Below the pieces are notes generated by a model, which had not been told where the DNA came from, ran no database searches, and worked only from the letters and a program-made list of their open reading frames with translations. The translations under genes were made by a program, and so were the position numbers. From Lobosporangium transversale (lineage: Eukaryota), in the NCBI RefSeq assembly GCF_002105155.1, contig NW_019028997.1, forward strand, positions 186,001-250,000: a stretch of DNA of 64,000 nt. Direction: 5' to 3'. This document shows, one piece after another, positions 31,011-43,863 of this stretch (its first letter is position 1; every line of letters begins with the position of its first letter).

Positions 31011-33448
31011 GATATACTTTTGCGTTTGTAGTTATCCTGCAAGCACCAGAGGACAAACATGGCAGCAAAATTGTCTTTGTTCCTCTCACGCTGGGGACAG
31101 TCGCAAATGTTAAGAAGGCTTTGCAATACTTATGGAGGCAACAGTCTTCTTCGACAGCTCCGTATCCCAATCCCGCCCCAAACCCAAGAACGGATGTACC
31201 ACTAGCGGAGGCGATCAAAAATTATGGAGAGAAACTTGTCCATCACAAAGTAACGACAGGCACCTTATCTCGCACTGCCACCTGTGCCGTACGAGAACCT
31301 TACAACACTAAAATGTACCTGCGTATGTTGGCCTTTACATGGCGCATGCTTCCGACGGTTGGAGTAAGCGGCAGGCGACCTTACGACAGTGTTACAAGAT
31401 TTCAGTATATGAGGGAGAGGCTATGCCTCCTTGCACGCCATCATATGTTGCTGCGGGATGAGGACATCCGAAACTTGAACCTGGCTAACACATTCAATAT
31501 TCAGACCCGTCACCCCGCGCCAGGGTCAAAGCTGGCGTCGGGGCTTGTCTTCTGCATCACACGTGGAAAGATAAACCATAAAGGTGTCGAACTCTATGCG
31601 ACAGCTTATCGACATAAGCTGTTCTTAAGGTGCACCGTGGGCGGGTTTGCATTTTATATGCTAGAACGGTTCCAGGTAAATGATGCCGTCAGTCTTGACG
31701 CGAGCGTATGATTTTTTCTCATTCAATTACACGAAGTGACATATATCCTTATTTTTTTTTTTTCCCTATTGTAGGTGTTCAAGGAGCCTCTTCCCAATTT
31801 TGCGGACCCTGACGAGTGGTACAGCATCAAGGTGCTAACAGGGGGTGGAACAAGCCAAGAACGGTTAGAGAACCGAAAGGAAGCGCTTGTTGGCCGAACC
31901 CAAATGAGCACTACGGCGGCTGTAATGCGTGCCTGCGACGTGCATTCGGCCAAAATTACGCACTCTGGCCGACATGCAGGGGTCTCGGAAGCCTACGAAA
32001 GAGGCTTAAGCCTGGACGATATTCGCCACTTGGGAAGGTGGGTCATGGGGCAAATGGAGAACTTCTATGCTCCAAAAAACCCAACCAGGGGCGCTTTTTG
32101 TATGGCTCAGTTTGGACCGAATGAGCCTTACTTTATCGAGCGTGATTTGGTCACCCCGCCCTTAGAGCTCCAGCGTCTGGTCTTTCCTTGGATTGAGGAA
32201 AATTTTGATAAAGATATGCCGGAGAGAGCTGACTCCTGGAGAGAGGAGTGCACCAAAGAAATGCTGGGGGTCGATCCAAATGTCCCGACAGACGAAGACA
32301 TTTTTTGGACGCCAATCGAGAAGAAGACGAGCTCGAAACGATTGACCCGTGCCTTCAGCACTGACTCCCTTGTTACACGCATTGGGTTCCTCAAACTTCT
32401 TGTGCGTATGAGGCGAGTAATCCTTCAGGATGCAGTGCTCTTTTTGAAGCCGAACGACAAGGGGAAAATGTTGGAGAACAAACTCCTCGAATCGTTACCA
32501 GAAATCTTTGGTTGCCAGCTCTTTCTGGATTTCCAACATCAATTGCTTCGGGCCATCGACGTACATCGCCGACAAGCAGGCATCATCCAAGCGGATGTGC
32601 CAGTTAATGCGCAAACTATGGTAAGCGCCATTAACACGTTGTCGGTAGAGGCGCGGGTCTTTCATCAACTCCAGCATGAGACGGTCCAGAAGCTCGAGGC
32701 CCTATCCACTCTTGTGACAGAGCAACAGGAGCAACAGAGGCAGCAACAGGAGCAACAGAGGCAGCAACAGGAGCAACAGAGGCAGCAACAGGAGCAAATC
32801 CACTTACTTCTCCAATCGCTGCAGCAGCAACAAAGCGCAAATGTGCGGCAGCCTTTTCCATATCATGTGCAGTCTTGCCCGCCCTTTGTGTTTAATCCTT
32901 CTCCATTGGCGCCAGCACAGAGCCGCCTAGCTTCTTTTCCTTCGTTTCCTCAGGCTCCTACTACGCAGGGCCTATATCAAGCTCGCCAGGCCGCTCCACC
33001 GCAACAGCAGCCATTATTTTCCAACCAATTGCCACCATGTCCTCAGCAACAGCATCCATATCAACATAGCCATGTGCAGGCTCCAATGACCTCAGAGCAG
33101 ACACAACGATTGCCGGAAGATGAAAGGTATAAAGGCTACCTCATGAAAGGCGATGGCAAGCAATTGACGGTCAGGGAAGCATGGGATGAATTCCGTGGGC
33201 CCGTTGCTCAGGCAAAGCAGGAAAATCACAAATGGCCATTCACAGAGGCGCGTCACAAGGCATTCAGGCGCAGGCGTCAATTTTTCGATCTGATAAAGAA
33301 TATTGCCGAAAAACAGAAGCGAGACTTCGAAGAGGTAGTAGACGCACTGACAGCTCAGTACAAGGGTCGGACAATCAATTCCATTCGACTAGAGCTTCTG
33401 AAAGACACCGGGAATGACGAAGGCTGCCACCAAGATGCGGACGAGTAG
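29565..33448 (+). CDS. Crypton-type tyrosine recombinase (NDC10-II-like catalytic domain plus GCR1_C-like C-terminus)
   Basis: Four exons 29565-29963, 30053-30725, 31032-31675 and 31775-33448 are in frame. The catalytic set is visible: LLRDEDIR (R), RGKIN (K), THSGR (HxxR), LGRW (W), ENFY (Y). The C-terminal LTVREAWDEF resembles GCR1_C. Confidence 0.85.
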
Positions 33449-33879
33449 ATGAGTAAGGGTAAATTTTTTTTTTCTTTTTTTTTTTTTATATACATATATA
33501 TATCCTCGGATACAAATTTAAGCAATAAAGCACAAAGTAGTGATGGTGTCGGAAATACCAAGACATGAACTGAGCTACAAGAGGCAGAAAACTATTTGCT
33601 GCATCCTTGAGCCAAATGAGGCTGAGAAAATACAATGTACAAGCAATCCATTGTCGTGAAATTTGTGATATTCCAAGGTGTTTAGCATAAGTATCATCCA
33701 GGAAAAAGCATTATCGTCAACATTATTAACAAGACAAAACACCATCAAAGCGCTATCAAAGCATTTTTGACTCGACTCGGCTACCAACGCACTATAACAG
33801 AAATAATTGAATACTTCATCAATATAAAAACTGTCATGTTTAATCATTAACACTGTCTCTACCATAAAAAGATTTTGTC

Positions 33880-33930
33880 TATTTCGCTTCACAAATCCAT
33901 TTTGTGGAAAAAGATTTGTGAAGCGAAATA
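33880..33930. repeat. Perfect 18-bp inverted repeat with a 15-nt spacer downstream of the recombinase gene
   Basis: TATTTCGCTTCACAAATC (33880-33897) and GATTTGTGAAGCGAAATA (33913-33930). Confidence 0.9.
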
Positions 33931-34019
33931 TAAAAATTTTGTGACTTGGTATCCTTCTGTGTCCACCTGTGTCCGCCTGTGTCCATCTGAATGGACACAG
34001 GTGAGCAATTTCGTTTCAC

Positions 34020-34750
34020 AATCTATTTGACAACCCGGGTTGTCACTCTTATTTGACAACCCCCCCCTTAATTATTTTTCTCAATTTTTTTTCTTTGCGT
34101 GACAACCCGGGTTGCCAAATAGTAAAATATCTAATTTGACAACCCCAAGCTCACTATTATTTGACAACCCTTTTTTTATTGGCAAGATTATTATGTGAAA
34201 ATCGTTTCTATTGCTATCCCTCAGCAACACGAAATCCCTCCAGCAATCTAAAAGCTTCCATCAAATAACAAACTTTTTTTTTTTTGGTTACGAGGTGTTG
34301 TTTTTTTATTACAACTGATTTCTAAAACAAGGGTTTGCTTTTATAGAAAATGTGCCTATACGGGTAACATGCACTAAGGGGTTTTTTTGGATATATAAGC
34401 ATGCATAAATTCGGAGTGGTTATGCGACGCTTGATGGCGCATGCGTAAGACGCGGAAAGGAAAAAAAAGAGAGACAGAAGAAGCTATAACCACAGTCATG
34501 ATAATGGAGTGTTGCCACCATTTTAGAAATCCAGCTGAGAAAGGTCCTCCATAAGTACAAGAGGGTGAAGACTTGTCATGTGACAGGTTGAAAAAGACAG
34601 TTTTTCTTCTTTTTTTGACAACCCGGGTTGTCAAATGACAAAAAAGTGAAAATTGAAGACCTGGGTTGCCAAATAAGCCGGTGTGACTGCTAAATTAGGG
34701 GGGGGGTTGTCAAATAAGAGTGACAACCCGGGTTGTCAAATAGATTCACC
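34020..34750. mobile_element. MITE with ~50-bp TIRs and TTGACAACCC subterminal repeats
   Basis: AATCTATTTGACAACCCGGGTTGTCACTCTTATTTGACAACCCCCCC at 34020 and its reverse complement ending ~34746. No TSD identified. Confidence 0.8.
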
Positions 34751-37700
34751 CGTTTTTTTATATTTTTCCAAGTCTTGCACCATATACCAATGCATGTTAG
34801 AGCCTGATTCACGGCTTCTACCAAAGATAAAAGCAAATACACCAGAGAATATCATTGTAAGAAAGCAATCTATGAAGATCCTGACACTGGTGCTACCTGT
34901 GAGTGCACTCGGGACGAATCAAGAGACTCAAGGTTTCACTGCATTTGCGGAAATTCATACAAAGTCCACTCATCCCTCATACGCCACTTTCAGACTAAGA
35001 AGTGCGAGCACCTAAAAACTTTGGTTAAAGGGAAAGATACATTCGAGGACGATTACTTTGTACTAAGATACAAATTAGATAAAAAGAGAGCCTTCAACGA
35101 TGATAAGAACAGTGGCAACGCGCTAAAAGAAATAAAAGAAATAAAAGAAACGTTACAAGCAGTTCTGCAAGAGCTTAGACTTATATTCGAGAAGAAAATC
35201 AAGGTATATTTATATATATTATACCGGTGATTGATTCAACTGAGAATCTTTTAACTATGATCCAAACAAACCTAATGCGTGTCTTTAAATATCAATAGAC
35301 ATTAAAGCTGGATACGAAGAGCTCAAAGCTGAACACGAAGGTTTGTAGCCGCTGCAATCATAAACAGTCTCCACCATCTCCCACTTGTATAAAAACTGTA
35401 CCCTAACACGAAATAGCATTGTCATTGGTTGTTTAATAACGCTCTTTGCCTTTGTTCTATAACATAATATAAATATAGATATTATAAATTCAACTAAATA
35501 TCTTAGAAGCAGTTATACAGCGTTGGAAAAGAAAATCAAATCCTTTTAAATCAAAGAAGTAAGGATCCAAGTTTGTCGCTCTTTTGATTATGATTTTTTA
35601 AGTATGAGTAGTTTTCTTAACAAGTGTCTTGCAATTGAAAAGGTCTAAGAATAAAAAAATTAAACGGACTCAAGACGCTGGTACTTCTAAAGGTCCTCAA
35701 GAAGCCAATACTGAAGAGTCTAAACCGTATCTGCTCAATTATTTTATTACATCGAAGGCGGTGAAGGAAAAGGTGATGTGAAGGGAAGCGTTGCGAAGGA
35801 AGAGGACGATGAGGAGTATCCATTCGGCCCTCTGAGTGACCCTGGGCGAGGATCTGTGCGAGGATGAAGGAAAAAATAATTTTGCCTTGACAGAATTGTA
35901 TTTCAAACCACTAAGAACAATAGTCCTCGCCAGAAAGTCGTCGACTAATATATTTCTAAAAAAACTGTCTGAATCAAATCTAATCAAAAACGATGACTGA
36001 ATTGAAATGAAGGTTATTTTATCCAATTTAAAAATCTTGAAAATACATGTATTTATCGTCGACGACCTTCTGGCGAGTACAAAATGAATCAGAGTGAGAT
36101 CCTCAAGTCCTGCGGCCTTCTTGCTTCCCCTGGAGCCCACCTCCCTCCTTATATTGAATGCCAATGACATGCTGAAAGGGATGTGAAGTATTTTCTAAAA
36201 CAAGATCAATAAATTGTTTATTATTGTTGCCAAGCGGAACCTTTATTAAGGTCCTGCCATGATCATCACACAATGTTCTGACCTTATGAATAGAAATGAA
36301 AGTGCCCTTGAGGTGTACTTGCAAGCCTCAGTACGTAACAGGGTACATATTGGGAACAATGATGGATTGTAATCAGTAAGTTGAGCAGAGTCATATCCCT
36401 CACCAAAGACGGCTGTCTCTCATTTCGAATCGCGAGGCTCGTGCTTCATCTGCCAGCGGATATTACATAACACATTCTCCTACACAAAGCCTCTACTTAT
36501 ATCACCACCAAACATGAATACTCCATACGCCCCACAGATCTTAAGTAATGAATGGTACAAAGGCCAGACTGGAACTAGCTTAGTTTGACCATTGTCTCAT
36601 TTATCCCCAGTCGAGACAAGCAAAGCTACCATAATTCAGCTCCATGTCGGAATATAGTTACTGAGTTGAAAGTAGTCAATCCGAACCACATCTACGCTGT
36701 TGATATGTTCCTGACGACAGAGCGGTTATATGAAGTCCTTCGGACAGTGAACGCTTACGATAGCAGTATCCTCATTAACTTCCCTGAGACAAATTACTAC
36801 ATACTACCGGAAACTCTACGCACGATTCCCCAGGTATGTGCATATTTTGCTCACAGGAACTTTAAAGGTTTAGAGTATCGAGAAACCGTTTGTTAACAAT
36901 TTCTATCAGCATTAATTTATAGGTGATCAATAACAAGAAGTTTGGCAAGAATCTTGAACGGATGCAAATATGACACAAAAATGTCATACAAAGCGTCAAA
37001 GCCTCTTTTGCGGATCGGCTATATGCTAATCTGACTTGGGAGGGCAACCTTTATGAAAAGGCCCTCCATGCGAACTATAATGTTGACGCGAACATCACTC
37101 TCTGTTCCTTGATGCCACTTAATGGAGCGAACTGGCTGGATGATGAAAATCGAGGGGATCCTGACTTTTTTCTCTTATGGCTACGGAAATGGAGGGAAAT
37201 ACGTTTTTGTTCCTCCTTCGTGGAGATGGGGTGCCACTATAGCTTCAGCTGCAAAAGGGCATATTGGCAGCAAAAAGGCTAAAAAAGTGCTCGCCATTGT
37301 ATTCACGGAACAGCATTGTGGTTCATATCGACCTTAAGGCTTGCAATATCGGTATTGGAGACTCATTAGGTCAGAGAACACCCAAGGAGGCGATCGGCGG
37401 ATTGGTAGCACTACACTACACACAATGACTGAAAGTGGCTATCTCCAACATCTCGTCGATGATAAGATTACCATGGCTGAAGGAGATGAACTCATATCCA
37501 TCTCTAGCAACTTAATCGAAGAGAGACAGCGCATGCTACAACAACATAGAGCTGAATTTATCACGGATGAAGGATATGAAACTTACGTAAGTTGGTTATC
37601 TTGATACTTAGGGAGTACCTCGGATAAAAGTTTCTCGTACTTAGTACTCACCATGGATACTGCTTCCGATACTTCTCGTTTCACCAACCACACTGGCCTT

Positions 37701-38138
37701 TTCAAAAAAGCTTTCGGAGAGGAAAAGTATTACTCCAGCAATATTGGAAAAGCCAATGGAGATAGAAAAATCTTCTTGGAATCCATCTACATCAACTATA
37801 AAGCGTGGGAGAGCATCACTGAAAAACCAACATGGCAAGAAATCCACGCCATCAAAGAACAAGCGAAACAAGCCATCGGATTCGCAATGGTCTAATACAA
37901 CACATATCAAGCAAATCCAGACGCAGGCAGAGCGTTTACGGAACTTGCCTCCATTGCACAAGCATGAAATAACGAATCAGACATTGGCACGCTTGCTAAC
38001 TATATGGATAAAGAATCAGGACGACTACAATCCGGAGGACGACGAGGACCAAAGAAATAACAATAACAATGAATATTGAAGCGTATCCAGAAGATAACAT
38101 TATTGGTCATAATGACCCAGTTGATGATACAGTAGAAA

Positions 38139-39000
38139 ATGACGACAGATGGCGCGAACAGCAAAATAGTGGAGAAAAAAACATTCCAAGATGGTTGGCT
38201 ATGCGACTTGATATATTTGAAGATAATAAACATTGATCACCTTCACGATCCATTCCCTGAAAGACCTTTTTCCGGATTATTAGCAGAGGCAGCTAATAAA
38301 AGTACCGTTGAACTTAATTCTCGTTGTATTCCACACGAGGGTATAAGAACTATGGTTAAACTTTGGACTACAACAGGATTCAAATTAAATTTTTTATCTC
38401 TTTCTGAATATCATGATAATGTTGTGCTAAATACTAAATCTCTCGCTGCCCATCTCATCGAAAATGAACTGACCAGTCCAATAAAAAAGGGTTTCGGTAG
38501 AAGGGTGGTGCCTTCTGACATAGTTATTTATCATCCTCATTTTTGCATCCCAAAAAACTCCAATGACAAAGAACCCATTATTCGACTTTTTATGATTGTC
38601 GTTTCTTAAATAAACACTTACAAGCCCCTCATTTCAGTCTACCATAAGTACCAAAATGCATTGAATCCATAAGACCAACTTCATACACTTTCATATCTGA
38701 TATTTCCGTAGGATATACACATATCCTCATTCATAAAAACTTTCAAAAATATTTTGGATTCAAATGGAGAGGACCTTATTTTACTTACACCAGAATGCTC
38801 TTCGGCTTAAACATTGCTCCATTCATTTTCCAAACATGGCTTGACTCCTACCTCACTTACTTCAAAAAGAACACACCAGAATGCAACATGTTAAAGCATT
38901 ACCTTGACGATGTCCTTTGCAATAGTCCTTCCCATCACACAAGCTTTTTCTTCAAAAAAACAAAACTTCTTAAACTATACTCTGATCACAAAAGTAACTT
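38139..39000 (+). pseudogene. Decayed DIRS/Ngaro-like reverse transcriptase
   Basis: Frameshifted pieces GFKLNF, HFCIPK, YDCRFLNKHLQAPHFSLP, SDISVGYTHI, YFGFKWRG, MLFGLNIAPFIFQ and YLDD. Confidence 0.7.
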
Positions 39001-39475
39001 TAGTCCTACCAAAACAACCGATCCTTTGAGTATGTCTATGTTGCGTTCCACTGTTCTCGCAAAACTAATTTTGAAGCGGTTGTCTAGATTGGTCACATTC
39101 TACATCTTGTTGCACTCACAGCTACAGATATTGGTATTTGTCAAAGCGTAAAACCTAGCGCTTCGACTCCTGCTAGCGGCTCCAGACGGACGAGCCCAAT
39201 TGGGTTTGAAACGAATGACCTTGCTCATAGCATTAAGACTATCGTCATGTCCATAAAAAACGCCCAGTGATTTAAGCTGGAAGGATTTTAAGAACAAGCA
39301 CATTGCTGGTTCATTTTTCAGCATGCTTGTTAAAATTTTATTTACACTGCTATCTCAGATATTCACCATTTATTTAAGAGTCTCAAACATCAATAAAAAA
39401 TTGATTACACACAGCTACAGAATGGATAATGCCAAACACATCAGTTTTGTATATGCACATTACTAAAAAAAAATT

Positions 39476-42400
39476 GCCAGCCTTAGTCACTCCTCATTGC
39501 TTACTCACAAAATAACCTTCTAGTTGAGATTCGCATCTGTTTTGGGAATTTTAGTGTTACCATAGAAATCCTTTATTTTTAATAACAAACGTTAGCTCTT
39601 ACAACTGATCTTCTTCCGTAATTTTTTCAGGCCAGAGGTAAAGCTATCATAAAATATAATGTTATGGGAGATTTGACCGGTCATTCTGTTTCTGCGTGCA
39701 GGTAGGACGCACCTGGCTCTACTGAATAACCTTTCAGAGTTATTGGAAGTAGCCTGGGCACAAAGGTATGCTTATGCAAATGGAGCAATGTAATCCATTG
39801 CCCTTATTCCTCTGTCCTGTTGCTCCTTCCAAGAGTAAAAGCATAACGCGCGTTTTTCCGTCGGCGACACTCTTGAAATCCCCACACCATAATATACCAC
39901 ATCAACATGGGTCATCGATTTGTAATATTCTTGGTCCAAAGGAGAAAGTCGATCCCAACATACTCGACCTTTGGCAGCGGCGGCAAACCTTGCTGGTGCT
40001 TCTCTGGTCACCTCTGGAGCTTTCTTCCTGAGAGGTTCACCATTGGTTGTCTTCATGTTTTTAATGATGCTCAATGTCGGGTTAAGGAATAGTGATATAA
40101 CCATAACATCGGGAACGTCATGCACGGGCCACATCGTATTGATAAACTTGTTAAGGTTTCCCAGAACTCCTGTGCCGTCTGTGTGTCATATGAGCGAGAG
40201 TCCGGTAGCAACTCTTTCAGCTTCATATACATTTGTGACAGTGTTGGATGATCGGTGCTGCTCACCCATTCAATGAATTTGACTGCATCTGCCATCATAT
40301 GAATAGTTTCACGGAGAGTTTTAATCTCATCACCATCAAGTAGGTGTCGCTTTGATTCCTTTGCTTTCGACCTTATCTCGCTTCTCTCGGTGGAGTCCAT
40401 GCGATGGAAAGTGCGAGAAATTGCTTCTAGGGAAAGTAGCACTCTGTTTGCCATCTTGTACTGCGAGTTCCACCTTGTAATGTTCCTCGACAGCAACTTG
40501 GCACGCTTGCCTCCCTGTTCTTACTATAAGGCAAGCATCGCCGCGGCATTGCTCCTGAAAAAAAGATGAAATCTCTTGGCACTTGTCCATTAATATCTGT
40601 GCAGACTCGCATAGCTCCAAAGACTTATTGATGCAAAGCTGGACCTTATGTGAGGCGCATGCCAACCAGTGCACCCTCCTTGTGATCTTCTCAATAGAGA
40701 GCTATTGCTTTTTTGATACCAGAACCTTGGGCTGTTGTTGCGCAAATGAGTCTTTCGCTCATATCCATGTTATTAACAACACCAACTGGAAGGTGAATCG
40801 CAAGACTGAAAAAAAAAAAAAAAAAAAAAAAAAAACGTTAGCATAGCAATAATTATGGGAATAAAAAGATAAGAGGCAGATGTATCAGCATTTTACTTAC
40901 CAGACTTCTGGTAGATATTTTGGGATGATTGCACCCCATAGACTTGTTCCATTCCTATTACAGCAGACACTGGTTCGAAGCTAGGCGTGGAAAGATGCAT
41001 TGTAGTTCTCAAGAACTCCCCTTTGATCGATGTCTAGCAATCCATCGCGACGGCAGCGTAAAGGTCATAAGAGGCAATGTACTCTTTGATTTCGCGTCTC
41101 GTCCCTCGAACCTGTCGATCCATCTTGTCTTGCATAGTCGCTGTGACAGGGATATCGAGATGAGGATTGACCATTTCAATGGCTGCTCTGAAGATCGTTG
41201 AATTAATTGCATCGAATGTCACTCTGTTGGAGGCTATGTACAGTAAAAGCATACCCTTGAATACTTCTTGTTCAAGAGGGAGCGGCTTCTTGAGTCTCTC
41301 ATCAACAATCGCATTTCGTGCGATGTCTAACCTTGCCTTTCTTGGTGGGCGAGGCATGCCAACTTCTTCCGGAGAGGGTGGCGGCATGATACCTTTAACC
41401 CCGCCCTGGTAACTGCGGAATTCTTGGAGGGTACTATATAAACCACCATGGCGCTGGGTCAAGTGAACAGATCTTGAATATCCGCTCCCAGTTTTCTTGT
41501 ATGTAATGCCACAGATCATCCTATCTTTCAAGGTCTGGCACTAGAATTCTTCCTTGGAAAAATGACTGACCACGCTGTTCTTGCGAAAGGATTTTTTTAT
41601 TTAGAATCAGCGCTAACGCCTTTTTTTGAGAGGGAGGAGCGTCGGAGCATTGTTCTGGCGTTGGAATGGTACCAAAATCCAGTAACTTATAAAAATTATA
41701 CCATCCATATGGTGCACGATGACTAGCCCTCAGTCCTCTCCGGCGGTCGCCCAATGCTTCAGCGTCAATGGCACGTGTAAAGTTAAGAGAGAGAAGATTA
41801 AAAGCTCTTGAGCACGTAGTTAATATTGCGCTGTTGCGCGAAGCTCAATATAGAAATTGATGAGACTGAAGGTGAGCCTGGTTTTGGCCCCCGATATTGG
41901 GAGAAGCTGTTGGATGAACGGAGAGATGATAGCGGGGTTTGCCGTGCAGCAAGTAGCCTATGATTATAACGTGATATAGGCGAAACTATTGATGATTGAG
42001 AACGTCCAAACGTCCTTAGTCTGGCACGATGAGCCGATTGTGCGGATTCACCGAGGGAGGAGAAGGAGTTTTGGGGACCTCCTCTTTTCACGACTGGATC
42101 CAGGAGCGACGCCCACTATGGGTTTCACGGTCGCCTGGGATGAAGGCGGAATTGGGCCCGCACTAAGATAAGAGTCTGGTACCTCAAGCTCAACATCGTA
42201 TGGTATATCTTGCGCCCCGAACGATTCGCCATAGCAGGCCGCATCACTAGTTTGAGGAGAATCGGTTCTATTTGCTGGGAGACTTTTTTGGAGTTGCATT
42301 CTTCGTACGATTTGATTTCGGTGAGGTATAAGGGTCTCTTCCTCGTCCTCGTCTTCTGATAAGAGTGTGTCTTCTATGCCAAATCCACTGTTGCGCTCCT

Positions 42401-42703
42401 CCTGGTATTCATTCTCATCCCCATCTTCATACTCATACTCTTCCTCATATTCTCCATTCTCATCTTGGTGGAGAGGATCAAATGTATAATCTGTTGCCAT
42501 TGTTTCTTAAATATTGATTGTGTATGAAAGTAAAACGGATAACAATAAAAAGACGGTAAAGACGATAAAGACAACGTTATAACATTCAATTGATTTTTGG
42601 TTTTGTGCAGCATGGAAAACTTTCTGTTCCCCCACCAGCTACAACTAGCACGCTATTTTTGTTTTTTTTTGTGAGGAAGCAATGAAGAGTGACTATGGCT
42701 GGC
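39476..42703 (-). mobile_element. hAT DNA transposon with a disrupted transposase
   Basis: 37-bp inverted repeats with 3 mismatches at 39476-39512 and 42667-42703. Transposase pieces: BED-like CGITY...HLTQRH, AMDC, WLACASHKVQL, TRWNS, and a SERLFS dimerisation motif at ~39720-39745. Frameshifted. Confidence 0.85.
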
Positions 42704-42714
42704 ATTTTTTTTTA

Positions 42715-43863
42715 TCGGGTGACTGTAGAGCGGAATAGAGCGTGAATAATATTTTGTAGATAGATAGTAAACAGTAGAAAAGTAAGTGAGAATAAGATAT
42801 GGGTGCACACACCACACCCATGGGGTATTTATTCATTTTCTGGTAGAGGGGCCTGAACTAGATAACTCCGTATCTATCTGTAAGATGACATCGATTCGTT
42901 CTAAAAAATTCATATCAAAGATTTATCGCGTCTATGTGTAACGCGTTATTGCCACTAATTTCTACTGCTAATCTTTTTAGTGAATTAGTGTTTTTTACTC
43001 AGTATTTTTCCTAACTTGGTCATCATAATATTACATACTGTGGAATATACAACAGAGCGCGATGAGTATCACAGCTCCCACGGCGCTGCAACTTCCAACA
43101 GTAATAACTCAAGACTCCTCTCTACTCTAGACTCAACTTCGCTTATTTCCTTCGAAATAAAAAGCTAGAATGTAGTGTGTAGGATACACGTTGCCGCTTA
43201 TAGATGAAATAAAGACCTCGTGCAGTGCAAACAAGGTGTGCACGGGGGTCGTACAAATAACCATCTAAATTTTAACAAGGATGCTTAAAAAATGGGATTA
43301 ATCTATTTGGCAGCCTAGTTGCCGAATATTATTTGGCAGCCCATTGCCAAATATAGTCAACTTTCAAGACTCTCTTTGGCAGCCCAGTTGCCAAATAACA
43401 TTCATTATTTACTTGGCAGCCTACCCAGCGTTATTTGGCCTCTAACTATTTTTTTTTTTTTTCATTCCTAGGAACCGTATATGTATATAACGCTCGTACT
43501 TCAAATTAATAAAGCTCCCGTCTTCTACGTCATAGTTATGTGTAGTGACATTGTCTTGTCTCATTGAAAACTAATGACTTTTTTTTTTCAAGTAGGTCGC
43601 TCATACAGTTTTGGAGGTGCCATTTGGAGATCAATGCCTATGAGAGGTTTTCGCTCGGAGCAAACGCGTCTCACCTGCTACCTAGACGTCTTCAATAAAT
43701 CATTCCCTAACCGTGTACATTGAAGGCTGTTTTGTGAAGATGTCATCGCCGCTGCCCTTAGTACCTCCGGTGGCATTAGCTGTGCAAGGCAATGTATCCA
43801 CAGAACGCTGCCTGTTTTACCACTGATGTTATGACCCTGTTATCAAAAAAAAAAAAAAAAAAA
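42715..43863. repeat. Right arm of the ~1.15-kb inverted duplication
   Basis: TCGGGTGACTG...GACCCTGTTATC(A)n is the reverse complement of 26525-27673. Confidence 0.95.

Noticed and set aside
29565..33448. Starship captain (DUF3435) heading a giant cargo element
   Set aside because: The motifs fit the Crypton/NDC10-II type, and no host-like cargo genes or Starship-type boundaries were seen.
39470..42710. 8-bp TSD for the hAT element
   Set aside because: The flanks continue as inverted rather than direct similarity. No TSD was found, so the exact termini are unresolved.
26525..43863. The 1.15-kb inverted repeats as true TIRs of a Polinton/Maverick-like element
   Set aside because: No DNA polymerase B, integrase or capsid genes and no TSD. 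The arms begin within a pre-existing MITE at a poly-A tail.
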